Shown here one piece after another: positions 1 to 13,194 of a DNA stretch of 64,000 nucleotides; the stretch's first letter is position 1, and the number at the start of each line of letters is the position of its first letter. A program made the position numbers and the translations under genes. Under the pieces are notes generated by a model that saw only the letters and a list, made by a program, of their open reading frames with translations, made no database searches and was not told the DNA's origin. The DNA is taken from positions 28,830,001 through 28,894,000 of the forward strand of contig OX597829.1 in the NCBI GenBank assembly GCA_951406725.2, in the 5' to 3' direction. Origin of the DNA: Octopus vulgaris. Lineage: Eukaryota.

Positions 1-1249
1 AATTCTCTGAATTAGGTTCAGATCTTTAGCTGTCTTTGCATCTATAACTGTGTGCGAGTTTGTTTTTGCAACAATGAATTTTATTTGTTTTGATAATTCT
101 TTGTATTTAATGACTGCTGTGCATTTTCCTAGCACTTTTATAGCTGTGTTGTTGTAAGCTGATAATCGAGTTGAGGTTTTGTGCAGTGGTGGTTTTGGAA
201 TTATATTTTTATATTCTCTGAATGGCAGTACGGTTACGTCTGCTCCAGTATCAATTTTGAATGTTACATTCGAGTTGTTCACTTTTAGTTCGACCGTCCA
301 AATGTCTTTTGGAGTCTTGAACTTTTCGATTTTGTGCACGCGGGAATTATTTGCAGTGATCATTTCGAGTGCATGTGTATCGTCATCTGATTCATCGTCG
401 GTATGTATCTCCACTTTATGTACAAATTTTCTTGATTTGCACATTTTTGCATAGTGTCCTTGTTTCTTGCATTTTTCACGTCTTGTGAAATGCTGGGCAT
501 TTATTTCTTTTGTGATTATAACCACAATAGTGACAGTTAGTTACGTAGTGTTGACTTGGCGCTTGAAACTTCGCGGGCTTTCTGTCACTTCCGCTTTGTT
601 CGTTTTGATGTCTGGATTGCATATGGCGAGTTATTTGAGTTTTGGCGCCTTTTCGGTCGTGTTGACTATATACCCTCGAGATTTCGTTATCTCTTGTTTC
701 GGATGTGGCATTTAGCATCCTTGATTGGAGTCGTGTTTGCTCTGCACTCTGACCTGCTTGAATTGTTTTTTGTAAGTCTAAATTTGGTTCTCTCAATAAT
801 CTTTCTCTTAATCTCATGTCTCTGATTCCACATATCAGAATATCTTTGGTGAGACTGTCTGTGAGGTTGCCGAATTCGCACTGTTGTGCCTTTTGGCGCA
901 ACTCTACCACGTACTCATCGAATTTTTGATGTTCCGCTTGTCCACATGTGAAGAATTTGTGTCTCAGGAAAGTTATGTTTTTCTTGGGTTCACAATATGC
1001 ATCGAATTTTTCGATTACTGTTTGAAGGTTCATTTCTTCGTCGGGTGAATCGAAATCCAGAGTGGAATGGATGTCTCGGCCTTTGGAACCGATGCAAGTT
1101 AAAAACATTGAAGTTTTTACTTTGTCTGGCTTCATGTCACTTTCTGTTGCTATCAAAAAGAGATTGAATTCTTTTTTCCACTTTTTCCATGCTGCGGCTA
1201 GATTTTCCTGATTAAAGTCTAGGTCTTTTGGATGCGCTAAATTTTCCAT
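1..1249 (-). pseudogene. Gypsy gag-protease polyprotein broken by one frameshift near 476
   Basis: ATG at 1249 (MENLAHPK...WKKWKKEF...LRQKAQQCEFG...LRERLLREPNLDL...CHYCGYNHKRNKCPAFHKT*). Another frame continues EKCKKQGHYAKMC (rest of a CCHC knuckle) and WTVELKVNNSNVTFKIDTGAD, open to the window edge. Confidence 0.9.
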
Positions 1250-1316
1250 TTCGTCTTTGAAGTATGATTTCAACTTCTTTTTTCTTTTGGTTTCTGTATT
1301 TTGGGTTCTTTTAGTA

Positions 1317-1327
1317 TTCTGACACCA
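1317..1327 (-). promoter_or_regulatory. Primer-binding site complementary to tRNA-Leu 3' end
   Basis: Minus strand TGGTGTCAGAA lies directly after the LTR-terminal CA. Confidence 0.85.
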
Positions 1328-1565
1328 TGTTGTTGTTATATATATATAATGTATTGAGTATTAAAGGAAGTAGTGAGTACTTAGTATGAAAGATTAAGAA
1401 AATGAGAGAGACTGAAAAAACGTGTTAACGATACGAGATACTTTATTAGACTGCCGTTGTTGTACAAGGTATTTGTTGTGGCGGGAAACTTACTGAATGT
1501 CCTTGTATCAAGGGAGACAATGGGCAACGTTGATTGTTCATGTTTGTTGTGATGATTATATAACA
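1328..1565 (-). repeat. 5' LTR (about 238 bp) of the Gypsy element
   Basis: Minus strand begins TGTTATATA and ends TATATAACAACAACA (TG...CA with a terminal inverted repeat), contains AATAAA (plus tttatt at 1442-1447), and abuts the PBS. Confidence 0.8.
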
Positions 1566-3650
1566 CATCCCACCATGCCCCAAGAACAGTTGTGCGAAAT
1601 GTCTCTGTAAAGCTGCATACATATTTTTGGAATCGAATATCATGAATTCGTCCTCGTTTTTCAAAGACCAAGTTATGGCTTTGTTGTTAAATCACGTCTC
1701 TGACACCTAGGTCCATCAAAGGTTTTCATTTGCCTGTATCTTAGATCATGCGTTTTAGATTTAATGACGCAACCGTGTTTCGCATTAAAGAGATACGAGT
1801 TTAGTTTTTCTTTATTTTTCTCCGCAACTGTCCAACACCCCTATATCACCGTTTACTTCTCATCGTACTGAAGAATCACTTTCGTCGCTGATATGTCAGT
1901 CATGATGCTTTCTCTAATTGTCTCTCCTAATTTACTCACTAACTCCTGTTCTAATCTATTTTCTTTACCATTACTTTATAGTTGAAACCCACTGATTCTA
2001 CTCTTCTCTCTCTTTTCAAATCGTTCCATAACCAGTTGTTGATGATTGCTTCCGCCAGTTGCTGCTAATCCGATATATATGAGATCTACGCGTTGAAACG
2101 ATACGTTCAGCTTCCATAACCGGATCCCTTTCTGTGAATACTATCTAAGTCGACTACGCAGATCGCAGATTTGTCGCCTGTATAACTAACCAGTGAAAAT
2201 TTCAGACATTCAACATAATTTCTACCAGCTGGCTTAACTACTATCCTATCTAGATACAACCTGTATGACCAATGCGGTGTTTCTCAATGTCTATTGTCAC
2301 ATTTGAGAAATCCAGTCAGTACTTGTCAGATAGTAGGAAACATTTGAATAAGTTTCCGTGACATTTTCTTCTACCTCTTGTCAGCGATTACCGTGCAAAC
2401 CCCATTGTGCATTTATGATGTCGTTTCAGTTCCATTTAGTATTAAATTACATGATGTCCCCCAGAATACTTCTAGGCGGTTAAAAACATTTGCCAGATTA
2501 CCTTTGCTGGGCATAGACGGTCACTTGAGTGTAGGCACCACCTCCGCTAACACTAACATCCATGACTACAAACTTAATGATGTAATCAAGGAAGATCGTC
2601 CGTACACTGAAATCCAAATTTCTCCAAAACAATACTGCCGCACAGACTAAGGAATACATGTTTCTTGTAGACATCGAAAATGGGCGCGAGAGCCTGCATC
2701 CGAAAATCTTGGTTTCACTGATTACTACCACAAACGTATCTAATAACCTGAGGTTACTAAGTGTCCAATACCACCCTCGGCCATGTCGATATTCATACTG
2801 CCGTGTTGGTAGGAAAAAGAATGTGGAGAAAGCTACTTTACTGGGGCTTGTTGAAGAAGAAGTCATTCAATCATCGAGGCGTTTTGGGGTTCTTTAATGG
2901 CATTTTTTCGGAGAAGCCCCACATGTTCTCAGAATTTAGTGGATAGTTTTTTGGTGTATCCGTTCTGCTAACCAATCGCATATTTTCCTTGTTTTCTGTT
3001 ATGATTTCATTCGTTTTGTTTCCTTTTAACTCTTTGTCAGTCCAAAGTATTTTCATAAATATGCCCTAGACATCCATATTTGTTTTCAGACTTTTGTTTC
3101 ATACATTCTGAGTAATATTAAGTTTTTCTTTACTCTAGTAGCTGAAAAATTGGGAATGTGTATCATATATGATGCATGGATGCCAGGAAAATATGTTCTA
3201 TCACATGTGATACACAGGACAGGCAAAAGGTTAAGAGATTCACCATTTCACTTATCTTTTCACAAGAAGGAATAAGCTAGTTCTTATGTGCTTCGTTGTT
3301 GCTTGCCATATTTTTCCTTGTAGTTGTTGCGGCCGTGTTTCCTGTTATTGATCGTATGGGGCTGCTGTGGACGCGGATTTAGATGTTTTTGCTGTAGTTG
3401 TAGTTTTGGTAGAGACGATGTGGATATATGGATGGTTAAAAGATGGAGGACTTCTGCCTCCTCACCCTTGCTTGCTTTCTGGATGGGACAGGATTATTTT
3501 TTCCAAACGTTTTTAAGTTTCCCCCACTTCGCCGCACGAAGGTTTCTCTGACTCACAAATTTTTTAGTATGTTTGCGTTTTACAAGAATATAGGTAAATC
3601 GACTGGAATGCTTTTGCTGGTGCGTCTTAGATTTGTCATAGGGTGGAGTG
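1566..3650 (-). mobile_element. Decayed Tx1/L1-clade LINE (ORF1 remnant plus APE endonuclease), interrupted by the Gypsy element
   Basis: Fragmentary minus-strand motifs VVVISETK, AVLFWRNL, VTVYA, YLDRIVV and (G)SGY/WKLNVS are typical of L1/Tx1 endonucleases; many stops and frameshifts. Confidence 0.75.
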
Positions 3651-3662
3651 GGATTCCTCTTG

Positions 3663-3909
3663 ATGTTTGTGTGTGTGTGTGTGTGTGTGTGTCTGTGTTT
3701 GTCCTCCTGTCATCATTTGACAACCGATGCTGGTGTGTTTATGTCCCCTTAAATTAGCGGCTCAGCAAAAGAGTTCGATAGAATAAGTACTAGGTTTACA
3801 AAGAGTAAGTCCTGGGATCGATTTCTTCGACTAACACCCTTCAAAGTGGTGCTCCAGCATGGCCACATTCAAATGACTGAAACAAGTAAAAGAATAAAAG
3901 AATAAAAGA
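3663..3909 (+). mobile_element. 3' half of CORE-type tRNA SINE
   Basis: (TG)n, then gacaaccgatgctggtgtgttt...gctccagcatggccac...gactgaaacaagtaaaagaataaaaga, the same as the full copies (e.g. 4228-4626). Confidence 0.85.
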
Positions 3910-4049
3910 ACACATACGTACAAACATATGTATGTATATGTGTCATTGTGTATGTGTATATAGTGTTTCCAATATAAAGTCAAATCAACCAGATAACAGG
4001 TAGAAGGGTTACACTGCGGAAACTGCTTGGTGACATTTCTTTAAAAAAG

Positions 4050-4225
4050 TAGTGAGCTGGTGGAATTGTTAGCAGCCTGAGCAAAATGCTTAGCGGCATT
4101 TCATCCATCTTCACATTCTGAGTTCAAATTCCACGATGATCGACTTTGCTTGTCATCCTTTTGTGATTGATAAAATAAGCACCAGTTGAGCACTTGGGTC
4201 TATGTAATTGACTTACCCTTCCCTT
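4050..4225 (+). mobile_element. tRNA-derived SINE with Meta-like core; tail resumes at about 4627-4665 after a nested SINE
   Basis: gagctggtggaattgttagc...ctgagttcaaattcc...gactttgc...catcctttt...gataaaataag; matches the copies at 20027-20200 and 50972-51197. Confidence 0.75.
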
Positions 4226-4227
4226 AC

Positions 4228-4399
4228 AGGCAAAGGAGTGGCTGTGTGGTAAGTAGCCTGCTTATGAAACGCATGGTTCCGGGTTCAGTCCCACTGCGTG
4301 GCACCTTGGGCAAGTGTCTTCTACTATAGCCTTGGGCCAGCCAGGGACTTGTGAGTGGATTTGTTAGACGGAAACTGAAAGAAGCCCGTCGTATATATG

Positions 4400-4432
<33 letters not shown>

Positions 4433-4626
4433 CTGTGTTTGTCTCCACCGAAATTGCATGACAACCGATGCTGGTGTGTTTACGTCCCCCTAACTTAGTG
4501 GTTCGGCAAAAGAGACTGATAGAATAAGTATTAGGCTTACAAAGAATAAGTCCTGGGGTCGATTTGCTCAACTAAAGGCAGTGCTCCAGCATGGCCACAG
4601 TCAAATGACGGAAACAAGTAAAAGAG
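4228..4626 (+). mobile_element. Full-length CORE-type tRNA SINE with internal (TA)n(TG)n
   Basis: A-box tggctgtgtgg, B-box ggttcagtcc, core ggcaccttgggcaagtgtctt, AG-rich tail; many copies in the window. Confidence 0.9.
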
Positions 4627-4679
4627 TTCCCCCAAACTACTGACCTTGTGCCAAAAATCTGCAAGCGACATAAGCACAA

Positions 4680-4865
4680 AACCAGAAATTTTAGGGAATG
4701 AGAAAAAGTCAATTATATCAACCCCAGTATTTGACTGGTATCTTATTTTAATGACACTGGAGAAACTGACGGAAAAACTTGCCTTCAGCAGGATTTGAAC
4801 CGGAATAAGTACCACAAGGTGTTTATCTTGATACTCTTAATGATTTGACCAATCGTCTGTCAGCC
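4680..4865 (-). mobile_element. Diverged Meta-like SINE, tail-to-tail with the preceding copy
   Basis: accccagtatttgactggta...ggatttgaac is the reverse complement of the family core. Confidence 0.6.
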
Positions 4866-5639
4866 TTATGTCATTTGTGCAACCAACCTGACTAAACAAC
4901 AACTACAATAACAACAGCCACCACAACACAACCAATGACAATACTGCGGGTGGTGTGGGGGGCGTTAACAACTATAATAATAATAACAGCAACAATAACA
5001 CATATTGCAGTTAGCAATTTGGTTGGTTGTGACTTCAAAGTCTTCCCCTCCCCCCACCGGCTCCCATCCACGCTTATGTCTTCTCCACCTCAACTTTGCC
5101 CTACCCCCTCTCCATTCTCCACCTAACCGACTGACCATTATTAATTGATGGTCTACTATTAGTCATTGCTTCTGCTTGTTGCTTCTGTTGGCGATGCCAT
5201 GTGTCTTAGGCATTATATAGCACAATGTGACTAACCCATTCAACACCACCTACTCCCCCCACCACCACCACCACCACTATCTCCTTCTCTTGGCAGTCAC
5301 CACTACTGCCATCACCCATAACTTCCACTATCACCACTATTGTTGCCTGTACCACCACCACCACCACCACCACCACCACCCCATACCATGATCCTCCACC
5401 AGCGCTTCCACCCACACCGTCGTCCCCATCGTTCCCATTCCACCCCCACCACCCACCATCAAACCAACCTTTCCAATTAATTTGCTGTTCTATGTTCTAG
5501 GACGACAACAACAGGAAGAACAGCAGCAACAACAACAACAACAACAACAAAAGACAGCAATAGCAACAACAGCCATAAAAAAATAACAATTGCCTTATAA
5601 CGTCAGTAACAACAAGAACAACAACAACAATAACAATGA

Positions 5640-5822
<183 letters not shown>

Positions 5823-6149
5823 AAGATACAAAAATGAAAACATGAAAAAAAATGCTGATCAAACCAGTAGAGATTTTCAACAGGAAGAATGAGAGACACA
5901 TTCATAACAAGTTGTTTGGGTTTTTCTTTTTTTTTTTTGATATTGTCATGCTTCACTTGATTTAAGTATTTCACATTGTACTTGCTTACAATTGGTAACT
6001 TTTGAACCACAATAAAAACAACAATGATGTTTTTTTCTTCTTTTATTTTATTTCTATTTTTATTTACTTTTCACATTTTATATCCTAATAGCATTTCTGT
6101 TTTGTTTTTTTTTATTTTTTCTGTTTTTCTTCATTTTTGATTATCTCTT

Positions 6150-6214
<65 letters not shown>

Positions 6215-6609
6215 ACACTCATTTTTCAATATAGAAATTGTCCCCAAAGTTTTAAAAGTTCAATGGTGGCGTTAAGTGAAAAAATAAATAAATAAATAAA
6301 TAAGCAGCTCTTTTTGTCACAAAGTGTTGTTTTGGGTTCCTGTGGTGTATTGAGTTACTTCCCTTGAATTGTAATATTACCTATTACTTACAGTTTTATT
6401 TAACCAATCATAATTTAATAAAATATCCAGTGTGAGGCTAATAATAGCTGCCTAACTAACAACATAAAGTTTACTCTTATTTTATTGTCTTATCAATGTC
6501 ATTATAACAACATATGTCATGTTATGATGTATGTGGAATACAAAACAAAGATTCTCGAGTGATACTGCTTCAGGATGCAAAATTAAAGTTTAAAAAAATG
6601 CTAATGCAG

Positions 6610-6775
6610 TCGCAGGTATGGCTGTGTAGTAAGGAGCTTGCTTCCCAACCACATGGTTCCAGGTTCAGTCCCACTGTGTGGCACCTTGGTTAAGTGTCTT
6701 CTACTATAGCCTCAGGCCGACCAAAGCCTTGTGAGTGGATTTGGTAGACGGAAACTGAAAGAAGCCTATCATGCA
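6610..6775 (+). mobile_element. 5' half of CORE-type SINE
   Basis: tggctgtgtagtaag...ggttcagtcccactg...ggaaactgaaagaagcc. Confidence 0.85.
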
Positions 6776-6799
6776 TATCGTGCATATATATATGCTGTT

Positions 6800-7525
6800 C
6801 TATGAAGGCTGTCCTCAGTAGCTGCACATCATCCCCTGCTGAAAGTAGGTGGAATTATATCTGGGAAGCTTTGTATACCACATCAATAGATACTTTTGGC
6901 ATGAGTGAAAGGCAAACCCATATTGGTTCAGTGCTGGGCTCTCAGAGTTGGAACCAGTTATTGTAGCAGAATGCGCATCTCTGATGCAATACAAGAGTGG
7001 TTCTTCTACAAAAACACTCAAAGAACGCAGAAAGGCAAGAAGTAAAACCCAACTGACTGCCAGATGCTGTGCAAATAGCTATTGGCAGGAAATCTGTCAG
7101 AGTATCCAGTCAGCTGCTGACAGTGGTGACAGCTGTGGAATGTATGTTGGTTTGAAGAAGGCTCTTGGTCCATCCGCAACCAAGTCAGCTCTTCTGAAAT
7201 CAACTACTGGAGATCTCATCAAAGACCAAAGCAAGCAAATGGATAGATGGGTGGAGTACTACCAGGATCTCTATTCACAGGAGACTACAGTTACTGAAAC
7301 TGCAATTGAGGGTGTCATGTGCAAACTTGACAGTCTGCCATCCATAGCAGAGCTCACCAAGGTTATTGATTACCTAGCGAGTGGCAAGGCTCCGGGAAAA
7401 GACGGCATCTCCTCAGAGATCATCAAAGCTGCCAAAAACACCACCCTGCTTCAGCACTTTCACGAGCTTCTGTGTCAGTGCTGGGAAGAGGGTACAGTCC
7501 CTCAGGATATGTGGGATGCTTTAAT
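6800..7525 (+). mobile_element. RTE (BovB-like) LINE ORF2 fragment, linker up to the RT start
   Basis: ORF 6948-7535: ARCCANSYW...QMDRWVEYYQDL...GKAPGKDGISSEIIK...CWEEGTVPQDMWDA. Confidence 0.88.
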
Positions 7526-7598
7526 ATTGTTTTAACAATGCAAAGCACATTATAACTAGCAATGTGTAACAACATCTGATAGCCTGGTCAGTCATGTG

Positions 7599-7647
<49 letters not shown>

Positions 7648-7730
7648 ACACACACACACACGTGTTAGAAGTAAATGGACACCCAATAAAACAATGACTA
7701 AGGATATATAAATAGCTATTTTCCCATAGT

Positions 7731-7970
7731 GGAGGCACGTGGCTTAGTAGTTACGGTGTCAGCATCATGATCGTAAGATTGTGGTTTCAATTCCTGGATC
7801 AGGCAACGCGTTGTGCTCTTGAGCAAAACACTTCATTTCACGTTGCTCCAGTCCACTCAGCTGGCAAAAATGAGTAACGCTGCAATGGACTGGCATCCTG
7901 TCCAGCTGGGGAACACATACGCCGTTGAAACCAGGCTCATGAGCCTGGCTAGGCTTTAAAAGGGCACATT
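7731..7970 (+). mobile_element. tRNA-derived SINE (Nin/Deu-like core)
   Basis: A-box tggcttagtag, B-box ggtttcaattcc, core cttgagcaaaacacttcatttcacgttgctccagtccactcagctg, (TTA)n tail. Confidence 0.85.
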
Positions 7971-8319
7971 TATTATTATTATTATTATTTCCCCATAGAT
8001 TGAAAAAAATAATGGACAGCTTTAATTGATTTTCAAACTTTATTAGCTCCTTATCAAAAGTGTTTACATCAAAGTGACCAATCCCAGAGAAGCAAGGAGC
8101 CAATCTGTTAATATATTCAATAATTCCAATAGCTACAGTGAACTGGAGCAACTAATTTGCATACTGTAAGTGTTAACACATTTATTCTTTTACTTGTTTC
8201 AGGCATTTGACTGGGGGCATGCTGGAGCACTGCCTTTTAGTTGAAGAAATCAAACCCTAGACTTGTTCTTTGTAGGCCTAGTACTTATCCTATTGGTCTC
8301 TTCTGCCGAACCGCTAAGT

Positions 8320-8860
8320 TACTTTATTTGATATCAAGGACCTGTCAATGGGAATCTAAGCCTACACAGTTTCAAGGTATGATATAGTATATGTAACCTC
8401 TATAGTAGATAAATACACAGGTCTAATTTCGCTATTGGAGCTGTGGTGAGGGAGATGTAGATGTACATAAGGGGACTGCAGGGATTAGGGCTTGATGGTT
8501 GAAATGTGAGGGTATTGAGAAATGACAAGCAGATAAGAGAAGTGTTAAAAATGGAGAAAGATAGCTGGGGAGAAAGATAGCTGAAGGCACAGAAAAAAGG
8601 TAATCAGAAGAAATATCACGGAAGGAGATAGTGAAAAGAACATGTTATGGAAGAGGCTCAGCAGAATAATAAAAGTAACTGGAAGTGGGTGCATAAATAA
8701 TAAAGGTAACTGGAGGTAGGTCCAATTTCACGTTCAGCACAAGCAGTGTTATAGACAGAAATGTGATGGGAGGATGGACATTAGAGGGTGATATGTGAGG
8801 AGTGTTTGATAGGGCAGAAAGAATGAAACTGTATGTTCCTGCACATATAAGCACAGCAAA
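8320..8860 (-). mobile_element. Possible old Penelope-like 3' fragment with a degenerate hammerhead
   Basis: Pyrimidine-rich minus strand ending in cta-ctataga-ggt...acc-tt-gaaac-tgt-g-tag (8361-8410). Confidence 0.3.
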
Positions 8861-8879
8861 TTGCCAATCAGCTCAGTGT

Positions 8880-10420
8880 TTTGTCATCACTTTTGTAAAG
8901 CTCAGTGTCTTGAGATTAGCTTTCACTACTTCATCTTACGTCTCCCTAGTCTCCCTCTTTAACAAGTTCCACCCACTTGAAGCAACAAGCACTTTTTTTT
9001 ATGCAGCTGTCTATATGACCAAACCAGCACAGTCTTCTCTGTTGTACACTAAATCTGATTCTGTTAATGCCTAACTTTTCTCTCACAGTACACTAGTATT
9101 TTATTGCATATGCATACTGAAACTGCATACCAGCTTTATTCCCTTCTAGTTTTCACGTCTTCTCTGTTTTCTAGTTTTCATGTGTTCTCTGCATTCGTGA
9201 TCCACATCTCACAAACATGTAGCATTGTTGTTCGAATGCAAGCATCAGACAATCTGCCTTTCACTCTGAGAGAGAGAGGTTTTTGTTGCCAATAGAGGTT
9301 ATAGCACTCTGAACTGTTTCCATCCTACTCTTATACTAACAACTATACTTGCAGAACATCCTCCTCCACTGCTAATTGAATCACCTAGGTAACAGGAACT
9401 ATCTACTACATCCAAGGATCCTACTGGACATTTGAGAAAATCTTGTGAGTTCTTAGTGTTTCTTGTTCCTGAAAATCTGCCGCAACCTTCCTGTGATTCC
9501 ATCACAACTCTTATATGTGCCCCTGGATTGCAATGGATATATCATGGAATTCCTTTCTTGCAAACAAGCAGGACCATTTACCTGACTGGAGTAGAATCCT
9601 GCCTGCCTTTCTGCATATTCTTTTCCTGATTCTATTGCAGATTCCGTTATGAAATCAGTCATCAGCATATAGTTGCTCTCAAGAGCAGTCAGTCATAAGA
9701 TTCTCTGTTAAGGCCTAGAGAACAATGACAAATAGGAGAGGACTGTGAACTGAACCCTGATGAACTCCTACCTGTACTCTAAATTCATTGCTCTACTCAT
9801 GGCTAACTCTCACCTTACTAACAGCACTTTTGCACATGGTTTGTATGACTTTCACAAGCCATTTATCTACCCTGTAGTTTCCCCAGCAATCATTAGATCA
9901 CAAGCAAGGGACTCTGTTGAAGGCTTTCTCCAGGTAAGCAAAGACCAAGTACATTGGTTTACTTTTAACTAGATATTTCTCCTGTAGTTGTCTAACTTAG
10001 AAGATGGCATGAGTAGTACTTCCCCTAGAACAAAACTGAACTGCATTTCATCTAATCTATTTTTGTTTCTAGTTAACTGTTTCTCTATAACTTTCATGAC
10101 CAGTTTCATACAGTTTGTAATTATTTCTCTCTAAGGCATCTATTTTACCCTTGTAAAAGTTGACTGCTATACTGGTCATTGAATGTGATACATTCTTGTA
10201 CAAACTGTTTAACTATATTGTATCCTACTCCAGATATTTTAAGCATCTCAGTGGTAATCCCGGATGCACCAGAGGCTTTCCCTATCTTCATATCCTCAAT
10301 TGCTTTATCTATTATATTGCCGTCAACTAGTATAGCTGGTCCCTCTGTTGGCTCCACACTAGAAAGACTCTCTTTCTCCCAGATATTCTCCATGTTTAAC
10401 AACCTTTCACAATAGCATTT
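8880..10420 (-). mobile_element. Decayed RTE-clade LINE RT region
   Basis: Minus-strand motifs KIGKASGASGITTEMLK, GVHQGS (about 9752-9770) and VDSSCYLGDSISSGGGC. Confidence 0.85.
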
Positions 10421-11386
10421 CCAACAAGAGTAACAACAACAATTACAACAACAGCAGCAAAAACAACTACGACAAATAAAGAAACAAGACAAAGAAACAG
10501 TAACACCAATAACAAATATGTCAACAACAACAGTATCAACAACAGAGACATTAAGTCACCATATAACGAAACTATTTAAACTAGAACATCGCTATGAACA
10601 TAAAACACTTGATAAATAACAGGAAACTCATTCATAATTAGATTAAAAATGAAATGTTGTTCATATGTTAGACATGTGTTGTTGTTGTTGTTGTTGTTGT
10701 TGTTTAACAGCCCCCTGCATTGCTGCCTCAGCTGAGCAGCTCTATAATCAAGGACATTCCAGCCATGACCATCCTCTCTTTCAGCATGTCTTCTAGGCTC
10801 GCATTATCCAATGTATGTTTGTACAAAAGACAAAAGTTTTTTAATACACCACCCACTCCTCACTTTCAAGTTACCTCAGTATGATTTTAAGGGAGATTTG
10901 TTTACAATTTTTAGCAGTTCAAGAGAAGGCCATGGACACACACACACACACACACACACAAAGTGGGGGGGGGGGTGATTCATTAATGAACCCTTCCTTC
11001 TAAATGTTCATTAGGTTCTAGAATAACATGTTATCAATCAGTAAATAAATAAATAAATACATAAACAAATAAATAAAAACATGAATAAAGGAATAGTAAA
11101 ATTAAAACAAATAAATAAAATTTTTTCTGGAAGTGTGTGAAATATTTTTCATCATCATCATCATCAATACTACCAACATCATTGTTGGCGACATCATCAT
11201 TACTGCTGCCATTGTCATCATTATTATTTTTCAGAATCATTGATTTCTTTCTTGTTGTCACCATCATCATCATCACCATCATCATCGATTTCATCATCAC
11301 CATTATCATTAATATCCTAAGTGTCATCATAATTCTTGTTGTCAGCATCATCAACATCACCACTAACATCATCATCATTTTCTTTG

Positions 11387-11429
<43 letters not shown>

Positions 11430-11717
11430 TATAATCATTATTACCATCATTATCGTCACCACCATCACCATCATCATTATCATCATCATAAATAACAACG
11501 GCTGTTGTAGTAGCAGTAACATGAACATAAGATTGCCCCTTCATTTTTTTTATAAATAAAAAAAAAAACATTTTTTTAATTATTAGTTTGGAATGTATCA
11601 TATAGAATGGCTAATGTCAAATAATTTCCATAAAGATTAATTCTGTTATGTTGATTAAGACCAGAAGTCGTCAATATTGGTTGACTACCATTCTCTCAAT
11701 GTCATTAAATTTTCCCA

Positions 11718-11769
<52 letters not shown>

Positions 11770-12011
11770 TGCTGTTGTTGTTGTTGTTGCTATTGCTGCT
11801 GTTGTCACGATTTGATTGGCATATTAGACATATTTCTGGGAAAAAATTAAGCCCTAAGTTTGCATCAATATGTGTGTGTGTGTGTTTGTGTGTATACATA
11901 TATATATATATGTATATGTATGAATATACATATACATATACATATGTCTGTGTGTGTATATATACATATATATAAGTAGTAATGCAAATAAACACAGTTG
12001 TACTTGACACA

Positions 12012-12043
<32 letters not shown>

Positions 12044-12334
12044 CACACATATCATCATCATCATCATCATTTAACATATGTTTTCCATGCTGTCATGGGT
12101 TAGATGGTTTCATCAGAGGTGGCAAGCTGGAGAGCAGTACGAGGTTCCAGCTTGATTTGGCTTAGTTTCTACAGCTGGGTGCCTCTTGGAGGGTATGGTG
12201 GGGTTAGGGTTAGGGTATTTATCTACATATATTCAGAAAGATAAACACACATATGCATATATATATATATACACACACACACACATGTGTATGAATGTTT
12301 CCTAGCTCTCCTGTGTGACCCCTCTGTCCAGCAT

Positions 12335-12525
12335 TCACTATGATAGATCGCTAGCCACTAAACATTCTTTATTTTCTCTCTTTGTTTCTTTCTTTGTTCC
12401 TTTCTGTGCAAGAGCGTAGATTCGAAACATTAAAGACTTTTTCACTTCCTGAGCATTAAACTAATACATCTGTTTGTTATCTACACCACCTGTCTTCGTC
12501 TTTTGTTTTTTTTAATTCTCCCTAT
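12335..12525 (+). mobile_element. Short PLE-like non-coding element, family D, with variant hammerhead
   Basis: Reverse complement of 24975-25165; HHR-like fold at 12400-12435; ends in (TA)n. Confidence 0.7.
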
Positions 12526-12623
12526 ATATATATATATGTATATGTGTGTATATATATATATATACATATATATATATACTTTATTTAAAGCAGCAGAAAA
12601 TTCAACAAATCACATTTATGTGT

Positions 12624-12670
<47 letters not shown>

Positions 12671-12684
12671 CACATGTACAAAAT

Positions 12685-12878
12685 GTGACCTCGTGTGTAC
12701 CATTGGTGATTTTTTTTCCTCTGTCTTCCCTTCTCTGGATCTTTCCTTCTCCTATGTTTCCGACGAAGAGCTCTGCTCGAAATGTTAAACCCTCCTTCTT
12801 TCCTGAGCGTCCAATAATACTATATTTGTTCCATGTCCTCGCGTTGTTGTGTTTTTTTGTGCTTTCTTGTTTGGATTA

Positions 12879-12882
<4 letters not shown>
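12685..12882 (+). mobile_element. Short PLE-like non-coding element, family C, with variant hammerhead
   Basis: Reverse complement of 62904-63090 and of the partial copy 50462-50555; HHR-like fold at 12756-12790; flanked by (TA)n. Confidence 0.75.
12756..12790 (+). ncRNA. Minimal type I hammerhead ribozyme motif (core variant CCGACGA)
   Basis: GUUU-CCGACGA-A-GAGC-ucu-GCUC-GAAA-U-GUU-AAAC; stems I and II pair. Confidence 0.6.
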
Positions 12883-12941
<59 letters not shown>

Positions 12942-12948
12942 ATGTATA

Positions 12949-12980
<32 letters not shown>

Positions 12981-13194
12981 CACATACATACAATATAAAA
13001 ATACCGAATACTAAGAAGAGAAGACATGATTTCTTAACTTTAAGGCTGTTTCAGGAAGTTCGGGCACCTGTAATAATCTTAATATTCATAATTTACAGAT
13101 GGAATATGCAAAATATCTTGGGTATGCAACCAGTAAACAGTCGCACAGAGGCATTGCAGTAAGTTCAGTTTGCCTCACCTGGGGTACATTTTTT

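Larger units (their letters stand above)
1..1565 (-). mobile_element. Ty3/Gypsy (Mag-like) LTR retrotransposon, 5' portion; continues past window start
   Basis: On the minus strand: LTR, tRNA-Leu PBS, gag ORF with zinc knuckles, then an aspartic protease motif (FKIDTGADVTVL, DTGA at about 241-252). Confidence 0.93.

Noticed and set aside
5159-5234. Stem ttagtca/tgactaa with an inner hairpin (miRNA or H/ACA candidate)
   Set aside because: Pairing is discontinuous and no H or ACA boxes are in the right positions.
9757-9763. Other CTGATGA hits (about 15836, 23147, 23994, 27245, 59738)
   Set aside because: No stem II-GAAA-stem I context; most lie within LINE or transposase coding remnants.
11034-11601. 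Poly-I/M/D ORFs resembling membrane or acidic proteins (also 5497-6010, 37728-38198, 45412-45762, 46812-47237, 48639-49163)
   Set aside because: Trinucleotide repeats open in several frames on both strands, with no domain or convincing splice structure.
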